Assembly (NCBI GenBank): GCA_037441705.1
Contig: JBBIRR010000063.1
Span: 1 to 16,130, forward strand
DNA from: Ignavibacteriales bacterium
Lineage (GTDB): Bacteria; Bacteroidota; Ignavibacteria; UBA10030; UBA6906
Direction: 5' to 3'
DNA: 16,130 bases
The position numbers and the translations under genes were made by a program. This document shows, in pieces, positions 1 through 7,071 of this stretch. Positions within the stretch are counted from its first letter, which is position 1. Each line of letters begins with the position of its first letter. The notes beneath the pieces are model-generated. The model was not told where the DNA came from, ran no database searches, and saw only the letters and a list, made by a program, of their open reading frames with translations.

Positions 1-212
1 CGGAAGCCTCGCACGTTTCGTTGGTCGTGTATGATGTGTTAGGCCGCGAGGTGGCGGAGTTGGTGAACGGGATGCAGGAAGCTGGATTCAAGTCTGTGGA
101 ATGGAACGCGGCAGGTGCAGCCAGCGGCGTGTATCTCGCGCGCTTTACAGCGATGGATGGGAACGGAACCGTAAAGCTTGCGAAGGTGATGAAGCTTGTG
201 TTAGCGAAGTAG
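1..212 (+). CDS. C-terminal fragment of a T9SS type A sorting domain-containing protein (5' truncated by window edge)
   Basis: Frame is open from base 3: EASHVSLVVYDVLGREVAELVNGMQEAG...WNAAGAASGVYLARF...KVMKLVLAK-stop. It carries the typical CTD motifs YDxLGREV, SGVY and terminal KxxxxK. Confidence 0.88.
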   Translation, partial: EASHVSLVVYDVLGREVAELVNGMQEAGFKSVEWNAAGAASGVYLARFTAMDGNGTVKLAKVMKLVLAK

Positions 213-229
213 TGCTCTTGCCCATCCAC

Positions 230-270
230 GGCGTCACGGCACATGATGCAAACTCTTGAGCCGTGACGCC
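230..270. repeat. Perfect 11-bp inverted repeat (GGCGTCACGGC / GCCGTGACGCC) with 19-nt loop; partial third copy of the arm at 353-362
   Basis: 230-240 is the exact reverse complement of 260-270; CGTCACGGC recurs at 353-361. Confidence 0.8.
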
Positions 271-284
271 CCAGGGCATGTGCA

Positions 285-312
285 GCGCCGGACTCCTGTC
301 CGGCGTTTTTTT
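285..312 (+). terminator. Rho-independent terminator of the T9SS-cargo gene
   Basis: Stem CGCCGGAC (286-293), loop TCCT, stem GTCCGGCG (298-305), followed by T7 (306-312). Confidence 0.85.
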
Positions 313-466
313 CGGGTCACGAATTGGAAATTCGTGCTACGCGTCGCCCGGACGTCACGGCTTACGCGCCCGACCCTCCGCGCCGTTTCCCTTTCTTTTC
401 TACCCTCATTTCACTAAACTGTTACCCACGTAAGCCGATCTCCACAAGTACTTCAACACAAACCCG

Positions 467-2104
467 ATGGTGAAAAAACTCTGCCTGCTCGCGGCTTGCT
501 GCATGTTGTTGTCTCCGGCAAGCCAGGCATCCAGCCCCAAGCTCATTGTCGTTATCAGCATAGACCAGTTTCGCTACGATTACCTTGTGCGCTTTCGTCC
601 GTATTTCGGGAAGCAAGGGTTCAACTATCTTCTTGAACACGGTGCCAACTTTGTCAACGCCAGCTTTAAGCATGCGGTGAACACCACTGGCCCCGGACAT
701 GCAGCAATGCTGAGCGGAACCTACGCGAATGCCAACGGCATCATCGCGAACGATTGGTACGATCGGGAAACGAGGCAGTGGGTGTACTGCGTTGCCGACC
801 CGGGTGTTTCCCTTGTCGGTGCTCGAGGACCAGGCAGGTCTCCCCGTAACTTCATTGGTTCCACGTTCGGCGATGAGCTTCGTCTCCGAACCGGATTTCG
901 CGCGAAGGTCATTTCTATCGCGAACAAAGATCGAGCAGCCATTCTGATGGCGGGCAAAATGCCGAGTGGTGTTTTTTGGGTGAACGACTCCATGTTTGTT
1001 ACATCCACCTATTACATGGACGATCTGCCCGATTGGGTCAAGAAACTCAATCAGTCCCGCTACATTGATTCCTTCTTCGGCAAGGTGTGGAACAAGGCTC
1101 TTCCCGATAGTGCCTATGCCTCGGTGGATGACGACGACGTTCCGTACGAAGCGGACTACGACGGTTCGGGGCGCACGTTTCCTCACAAGATTGTTGGAAC
1201 AGATTCTACCCGGATCACCCCATCCTATTATGCGTCGCTCGCCCGCAGTCCCTTTGGCGCAGAGTTGATCAAAGAATTCGCCCGGCGGGCAATTGATGCC
1301 GAGCAGCTCGGCCAGCGGGGCATTACCGACATGCTGTGTGTGGGCTTCTCTTCGCAGGATATTGTTGGGCATGCGTACGGACCCCATAGTGTTGAGGTGA
1401 TGGACTTTGTCGTGCGGATGGATGCGATGCTCGCGGATTTCTTTTCGTTTCTCAACAAGAAAGTGGGACTTGACAAATGCATTCTTGTTCTGACCGCCGA
1501 TCACGGTATCGCCCCCATTCCGGCATACATCAAACGGCATCATCGCTCGGCAGATGTCGGCAAAGTGTCGCTCGACTCGTTGTGGAAGTTTTGCTACCGC
1601 GTGTTGACACAACGGTTCGGCGCGCCGCCGGAGGGCGATTGGATTGATGCGATTGAGGGAAACAACATCTACCTCAGGCGCGCGAATTTTCCGCACCTGA
1701 AAACGCCCACGCTTGAATGGGCAGCAAGCGAGCTTGCCGACTCGCTTCGGAGTTTTCACCCGATTGCCGCCGCGTACACGAGCCATCACCTTCTTTCCAT
1801 GAAAGATGAAACACCGCTTGTGCGGAAAATGAAGCGCAGCTTCCACGGACGTCGCAGCGGCGATGTCCTCTTCGCATTGAAACCTTTCTGGGTGGAAGGA
1901 GGAAAACCTTCGGGCACTACCCACGGCGAACCGTACGAGTACGACGCGCACGTTCCCCTCATTCTTGTGGGCGAGGGGATACGCAAAGGCCGGTATGCAA
2001 CGGAGGCGAGTCCTGTGGACCTTGCGCCGACACTCTCGGTTCTGCTCGGCGTGGAGTTTCCTGCCGGGCGCGAAGGCCGCGTGTTGGTGGAGGCGCTGCA
2101 ATGA
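467..2104 (+). CDS. Exported alkaline phosphatase family protein, PafA/PhoK-type phosphomonoesterase
   Basis: Signal peptide; metal motifs SIDQFR, DIVGH, TADHG, TTHG; Thr-nucleophile motif TTGPGH; GIIANDW; the KDR motif (NKDRAAI) characteristic of PafA-like enzymes. Confidence 0.9.
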   Translation: MVKKLCLLAACCMLLSPASQASSPKLIVVISIDQFRYDYLVRFRPYFGKQGFNYLLEHGANFVNASFKHAVNTTGPGHAAMLSGTYANANGIIANDWYDRETRQWVYCVADPGVSLVGARGPGRSPRNFIGSTFGDELRLRTGFRAKVISIANKDRAAILMAGKMPSGVFWVNDSMFVTSTYYMDDLPDWVKKLNQSRYIDSFFGKVWNKALPDSAYASVDDDDVPYEADYDGSGRTFPHKIVGTDSTRITPSYYASLARSPFGAELIKEFARRAIDAEQLGQRGITDMLCVGFSSQDIVGHAYGPHSVEVMDFVVRMDAMLADFFSFLNKKVGLDKCILVLTADHGIAPIPAYIKRHHRSADVGKVSLDSLWKFCYRVLTQRFGAPPEGDWIDAIEGNNIYLRRANFPHLKTPTLEWAASELADSLRSFHPIAAAYTSHHLLSMKDETPLVRKMKRSFHGRRSGDVLFALKPFWVEGGKPSGTTHGEPYEYDAHVPLILVGEGIRKGRYATEASPVDLAPTLSVLLGVEFPAGREGRVLVEALQ

Positions 2105-3210
2105 ACTTCTGGCGAACGACCGAAGGCAGCACAGGCCGCCTGATCCAGCTCTGCATCGGATATTTTGTTTTCTACGTCATCACCGGTGTCAGTGTGAAGT
2201 ATTTTACGGGAAGCGCCGCGCACGGCTATCCCGGCATGAAGGAGATCGAGTACCTCGTCTACAGTACCATCGGCGGCTCGCTGGTTGCCTTGTCGGTGGC
2301 GGTGGCTCTACGGTGGTACCGCATCAAGTCGAACCGAAGGATGACGCTCGGACGGTTCAGCGTTCCATCGGAAATCCTCTACATCATCCCATCGGGCGTT
2401 TGTACCGCTGTCGTCATTCCTACAACCACGATGATGTACTTGCTGCCGATTTCGGTGATGGTGGCAATGGTCATCATGCGCGCCAGCATTATCATCATCA
2501 GTCGGCTTGTGGATGCGGTGCAAATCAGGCAGGGGATTCTGACGAAGCGGGTGTACGCCGAAGAGAACTACGCCGTGGTGTTTGCTTTGCTTGCCGCTGC
2601 CGTAAACATATTCTGGACCGGGCCGGGCGATTTCGAGTTCGTGCACTCGATCGAGGCGGTGAGCATCCTCGGCAGCTACATCGTGGCATACGCCATTCGC
2701 ATCTACATTATGAACTATTACAAAAACACACGCGGCAAAGGCGTCAAGTTGGATAACCAGGGCTTCTTCGCCATCGAACAGATTGCCGCTTCCGCCACGA
2801 TGGTGCTTGCCGGATACATTCTCTTCCGATCGCCGGAGTGGTTCAGTTCGGCAAACGTCTACCTGATGCAGTTTCGGGATAGCCTTGCCGACCCGCGACC
2901 GCAATGGGGCTGGGCGGTGGTGGCGGGGTTCGCGTACGGACTCGTTGCGTTCTTCTCCGTGTTCATCTTCATGTTCAAAGGACGCACAGCGACGTTTGCG
3001 GGACTGGTGAACCGATTGACCTCGCTCGTTGCAGGAACCACGGCGACACTCACCTCCTACGTTCTGTTCGACGGCCGCTTCCCGAAGGAGCAGGATTGGA
3101 TTGCGCTGGTGTTCATTCTCATCGCGGTCGCGTTCCTCACGCGCGCCGAGCGCAAGCGCACGCAGGAGCTGGTGCGCGAGCACGAGATCGAGGCAAAGAT
3201 TCGGGTGTAA
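2101..3210 (+). CDS. Uncharacterised integral membrane protein, about 10 TM helices, probable DMT (EamA / nucleotide-sugar-transporter-like) fold
   Basis: ATGA overlap with the phosphatase stop; GGAGG at 2089-2093; ten hydrophobic segments in a 5+5 arrangement. The fold assignment is inference. Confidence 0.7.
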   Translation: MNFWRTTEGSTGRLIQLCIGYFVFYVITGVSVKYFTGSAAHGYPGMKEIEYLVYSTIGGSLVALSVAVALRWYRIKSNRRMTLGRFSVPSEILYIIPSGVCTAVVIPTTTMMYLLPISVMVAMVIMRASIIIISRLVDAVQIRQGILTKRVYAEENYAVVFALLAAAVNIFWTGPGDFEFVHSIEAVSILGSYIVAYAIRIYIMNYYKNTRGKGVKLDNQGFFAIEQIAASATMVLAGYILFRSPEWFSSANVYLMQFRDSLADPRPQWGWAVVAGFAYGLVAFFSVFIFMFKGRTATFAGLVNRLTSLVAGTTATLTSYVLFDGRFPKEQDWIALVFILIAVAFLTRAERKRTQELVREHEIEAKIRV

Positions 3211-3235
3211 ATTGTCCTTCGAGGAGAAACGGATA

Positions 3236-4585
3236 GTGACAGCGGTGCAATTCGATAAGCGTCGCGCTCCGCTTCCCGCCGGATTCCTGAAAGCCCGTAC
3301 CCCTATCCTTCTCACGCTCGGCGCGATGTACGCATCGTACTACGCGGGCAGATTCAATCTTCTTTCCGTTGCCAACAAAACGCTGACTGCCGAGTTCGGC
3401 TGGCGTGCGGATGAATGGGGCCTCATCATCAACGCAACGTTGTGGGCATACGCGGCGGGACAAATCATCAACGGCATCCGCGTGGACCGCGTCGGCGGGA
3501 GGCGGATGATGCTGATGGGCGCACTCGGCATTATCGCCGTCAATGTGCTGCTGGGGTTCGGTGTGTTCGTGCGGACGCTCTCGTACTTTGTGGTGATGGG
3601 AGTGTTGCTCGGGTTCTTTCAGGCGCATGGCGCTCCATCGTTGGTGAAAGTCTGCGCCAATTGGCTGCGCAGAGATGAGCGCGGAACGTTTACCGGTATC
3701 TTCGGGCTTATCATTCAGCTCGGTAGATGGGCCATCCTTCTCGGCGGCGGATGGTTGGTGGCAAACGCGCCGTGGCCATGGCTTTTCTGGGCGCCGGCGG
3801 CCCTCATCGCCGCTGTTGCCGCGTTGTTCACCTTCATCGTCAAAGATAATCCTGAAGACCTCGGCTTCCCTCCGCCCGAACATGAGGAAGGCGTTGACGA
3901 CCTCACGCCGCTGCGCGTCCGTCAGATTATCCGGAAAGTTGCAACGAATAAATTCGTCTGGATGATCGCAGCGGCATACTTCTGCACCGGCGTCATCCGC
4001 TGGGGCGTTGACTCGTGGTACATCCGCTACCTGCAGGAGACATACGGCATGCGAACGGACTCGTTCACGTATGTGGTGAGTGCGTTCTTCATTCCTATTT
4101 CCGCTGTCGCCGGATCGTTCCTTGCCGGGCTTCTTTCGGACCGCGTGTTCGGGGCGCGCCGCGCGCCCGTGGCCGCGCTGATGTACTTCATGAGTTGTGT
4201 GATGCTGCTGCTCTTCCTCAGCTTCCCTGGACCGATGCTCTCCGTCATCTTCCTCATCATCCTTCAGATGTTCATCAACGGGCCGCACTCGCTGCTGGGC
4301 GGCGCTGCGGCGATTGATTTCGGCGGACGCAAGGCCGCGGGGTTTGCCACCGGCCTCATCGACGCGTGCCAGTACCTTGGCGGCGGACTCTTTGCCGGCT
4401 CCATCATCGGCGCGCTCATGCAAAGCTACGGCACCGTCCCCGGCACCGACAACATCACGCCCGAGGGCTGGCGCGCATGGGTCGTTGTGTTGATTGGCTT
4501 CACGCTGCTGGGCGCAGCGCTGATGACGGCAATGTGGGGGGTGCGACCCGAGAAGAAAGCGAAGCCTCACTCGTCGCTGTCATGA
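3236..4585 (+). CDS. MFS transporter, organophosphate:Pi antiporter (GlpT/UhpT/UhpC-like) family
   Basis: GTG at 3236 preceded by GAGGAG (3221-3226). Motifs YASYYAGRFN, GIRVDRVGGRR, WLRRDERG, IRWGVDSW, GLLSDRVFGARRAP, AAGFATGLID; about 12 TM; 449 aa. Confidence 0.85.
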   Translation: MTAVQFDKRRAPLPAGFLKARTPILLTLGAMYASYYAGRFNLLSVANKTLTAEFGWRADEWGLIINATLWAYAAGQIINGIRVDRVGGRRMMLMGALGIIAVNVLLGFGVFVRTLSYFVVMGVLLGFFQAHGAPSLVKVCANWLRRDERGTFTGIFGLIIQLGRWAILLGGGWLVANAPWPWLFWAPAALIAAVAALFTFIVKDNPEDLGFPPPEHEEGVDDLTPLRVRQIIRKVATNKFVWMIAAAYFCTGVIRWGVDSWYIRYLQETYGMRTDSFTYVVSAFFIPISAVAGSFLAGLLSDRVFGARRAPVAALMYFMSCVMLLLFLSFPGPMLSVIFLIILQMFINGPHSLLGGAAAIDFGGRKAAGFATGLIDACQYLGGGLFAGSIIGALMQSYGTVPGTDNITPEGWRAWVVVLIGFTLLGAALMTAMWGVRPEKKAKPHSSLS

Positions 4586-5311
4586 TCCTTGGGCAAGGTG
4601 AGGGTGCGAGATCTCCCACAACTTCTTCGTCACGCGTTCTAACTCTTCTCCAATAAGGTTCGGATCGAGTGTTTTCTCCGGCATGTTCTCGAACACGGCG
4701 TACGGAACCTTGAATCCTTTCACCTCGATGTGCGTCGGGTTCTTTGCCTCGAGTTTGTCCCAGTCATTGATCTTGTAGTAGAATTCCATCTTCTCATCGG
4801 GCAGCGAGTGATAGAGAATGGAATGCTCCTGGCCGGGCCGCGCACGACGGCGATTCTTCCGCACGGATTCCTCGTAGTCCACGCGGATGTACATCAGGCA
4901 CGCCTTGCTGAGAATCTCTTCATGGAGATACGAGAGTGCTTCGTAGATGCCGTTCTCGCCGCCGCGGGCAAACTCGATGAGTGTCGTGGTCGTCTCGTGG
5001 TAGCGTGGATCGCGGGCGAGTTTCTTGCGGTATTCAAGATTGATCCGCTCGATGTACAGGTTCCAGATGAAATGATCTTTGAACCAGTACTTTTCGTCCG
5101 TCCAGATGCGGGGTCTGCCGTGCTTCGTGAGAATGTCATCGATCTCGAACGTTTCCCAAACGTACACGAAATCGTCAAGCTCTTCGAAGTTGCCGATGTG
5201 AAAACGGCGGAGGCGTTCCTTCGGTTCGACCTTCTTCAAATAATCAATTACTTCGGACTTGCCTGCCGCCGGGCGGCCTGTGATAATGAGAATCGGAAAG
5301 TTGTTGCTCAT
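4580..5311 (-). CDS. Uncharacterised P-loop NTPase, nucleoside/nucleotide-monophosphate kinase-like
   Basis: N-terminal strand plus Walker A (ILIITGRPAAGKS); LIEFARG resembling the NMP-kinase hhhDGxPR strand; Arg-rich lid-like segment YIRVDYEESVRKNRRRAR; no signal peptide. Confidence 0.7.
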   Translation of the reverse strand: MSNNFPILIITGRPAAGKSEVIDYLKKVEPKERLRRFHIGNFEELDDFVYVWETFEIDDILTKHGRPRIWTDEKYWFKDHFIWNLYIERINLEYRKKLARDPRYHETTTTLIEFARGGENGIYEALSYLHEEILSKACLMYIRVDYEESVRKNRRRARPGQEHSILYHSLPDEKMEFYYKINDWDKLEAKNPTHIEVKGFKVPYAVFENMPEKTLDPNLIGEELERVTKKLWEISHPHLAQGS

Positions 5312-5331
5312 AGCTTTCTGCGTGAGAATGA

Positions 5332-6834
5332 TTAGTGCGTGATGCGAATGCGGTCTTCCACGTTCCCTGCGATGGAACGAACTTCTCTCGCCTTGGCCTC
5401 AACGGCCTGAAAGACCGTCATGCGCGAATAGATGGGTTGCTGGATTTCAAGGCCGAAGTACTTCTTTGCTTGCGCGACCATGAAGTCGCTTGCGGCGCAT
5501 GTGTACAGCCTTTGGTTCTCCACCGGTTTTCCGCCCACACTCATATCAAGAATGAGCCACGTCTTGTCGGGCCCTCGTTTGATCGTTGCTTGAACGCCAG
5601 AGAAGAGCACGGCTTCATCGTTCTGCAGGCTATGCAGCAGGATTTGCCGCAACTGGGTTCCGCTCAGCTGGAACGTTGTAAGCACGTTGCGGAATGGGAG
5701 GACTTCGAAGAGTTTGAGTTTGGTCAGCGGGCCTGCAGCCACATTGGCCCGGATGCCGCTGGCGTTCATGAATGCCACATCGGCATGGGCGGCTTCGCGC
5801 TGCGCGTCCGTTATGAACTGACCGACGTTGCTCTCTCCTCTGCTTCGAATCCAATCCTTCTCAAGCTGTGCAATCACCTCACCATATTCCTTCTCGATCA
5901 CCGCGCGCATCGAATCAACGAACGCGGCAAGCCGGGTGCGCGGACGGTTCGAGCCTGCCCATAACGAAATGAGCTTGCCGCTGTGCCGGATCACGCGATC
6001 GTTCTCGACCGTGATCTCCAACTCGCCAAGGTTCTCGCACCGTGTGCCCGCTTGAACGATGATGACATCATTGACCACCTTGGGCGATGTCAGCCGGGTG
6101 TGCGAGTGCCCGCCGACGATCACGTCAAGCCCTCGAACATTTACCGCAAGCTCCGAGTCTTCGTCAACCCCTTGATGGGTGAGGGCGATGATGAGGTCGG
6201 TTTCCGGATCAATCCTGTCGATGATCTTCTGCGCCGTCTCCACGGGGGAAAGCACTTTGATGCCGACGAGGTTGTTGGGATTGACCAGTCCGTACAACCC
6301 CTGCGACATCAACCCGAAGACGCCGATGCGAAGACCTGCACGATTCACGATCACGTAGTCACGATTGTTGACGGGGAACTCTCCTTTCGTGTTGACGAGA
6401 TTGGCGGAAAGTGAAGGAAACTTCGCGATCGACGTCAGCTTTCGGAGGTTTTCTTGAGAGATGTCGAAATCGTGGTTGCCGATGGCCCAGGCATCGTAGC
6501 CGATCATATTCATCATCTCGAATAGTGCCCCGCCTTCGGCGCCCTTGAAGAGATGGTCGGCGATGGGCGTGCCCGTCATAACGTCGCCGGCATCGAACAA
6601 CAGCACATCCGACTTGGCCTTACGAATGCTGTCAACGGTGAACTCCAGTTCCGTGAATCCGCCCACCAGCGGCCTGGGCACTTCCTTGCGCCAGGTTGCT
6701 TCGTGGGGAAGGAACGCCGCGTGCATGTCGTTGGTGTGAAGAATGGTGAGCGTCTTCGGCTGCGCTGCAAGGCTCGTAGCCGTGATGACGGTACAGAACA
6801 GTGTCCGGAGTTGCCTTTGTGTACGCTGGAACAT
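5332..6834 (-). CDS. Exported bifunctional metallophosphatase / 5'-nucleotidase (UshA-like)
   Basis: Signal peptide; calcineurin-like motifs ILHTNDMH, DAGD, GNHDFD, THQG, GGHSH; 5'-nucleotidase C-terminal motifs NASGIRA, VLPFRN, SDF. Confidence 0.92.
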   Translation of the reverse strand: MFQRTQRQLRTLFCTVITATSLAAQPKTLTILHTNDMHAAFLPHEATWRKEVPRPLVGGFTELEFTVDSIRKAKSDVLLFDAGDVMTGTPIADHLFKGAEGGALFEMMNMIGYDAWAIGNHDFDISQENLRKLTSIAKFPSLSANLVNTKGEFPVNNRDYVIVNRAGLRIGVFGLMSQGLYGLVNPNNLVGIKVLSPVETAQKIIDRIDPETDLIIALTHQGVDEDSELAVNVRGLDVIVGGHSHTRLTSPKVVNDVIIVQAGTRCENLGELEITVENDRVIRHSGKLISLWAGSNRPRTRLAAFVDSMRAVIEKEYGEVIAQLEKDWIRSRGESNVGQFITDAQREAAHADVAFMNASGIRANVAAGPLTKLKLFEVLPFRNVLTTFQLSGTQLRQILLHSLQNDEAVLFSGVQATIKRGPDKTWLILDMSVGGKPVENQRLYTCAASDFMVAQAKKYFGLEIQQPIYSRMTVFQAVEAKAREVRSIAGNVEDRIRITH

Positions 6835-6966
6835 AGTCCCCTCGTGGTGGTAGAAACGACGGTTGCCGCAAGAGTATCACGGCGAGATGCATTCAAAATC
6901 TACAAAGAAAGCGAAACGAATGGTAGATGAAAATCTGCCTCCGCAGCTGCGCTCTGGGCATCCGTA

Positions 6967-6996
6967 TTGGAATTCTTCCGCTCATTCTCTATATTG
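6967..6996 (+). promoter_or_regulatory. Sigma70-type promoter of typA-glgP
   Basis: TTGGAA (6967-6972) - 17 nt - TATATT (6990-6995); near-identical motif with the same spacing at 13991-14020. Confidence 0.7.
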
Positions 6997-7071
6997 TTGC
7001 CGCTTCGAGTCGCTGTCGTGGGGCTTGAAGCCTTTTTTTTCTGAAGAGAAGAATTTCGCAGGAGATACTTT

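Noticed and set aside
230-312. Possible c-di-GMP or other known riboswitch (GCAAAC...GACGC-like words)
   Set aside because: The required GNRA loop, receptor and second stem are not evident; the resemblance is only superficial.
392-420. Promoter for the phosphatase operon (TAAACT at 415-420)
   Set aside because: Plausible -10 but no convincing -35; too weak to call.
422-2101. 559-aa minus-strand ORF
   Set aside because: Antisense shadow of the well-supported phosphatase; no recognisable motifs; expected in GC-rich coding DNA.
3029-3235. N-terminal extension of the MFS ORF in the track
   Set aside because: Overlaps the upstream gene by about 180 bp and is Arg/Ser-rich nonsense; GTG 3236 has a good SD.
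2308-4570. 335-aa and 477-aa minus-strand ORFs rich in H/Q/R/D/E
   Set aside because: The composition is what antisense reading of hydrophobic membrane-protein codons produces.
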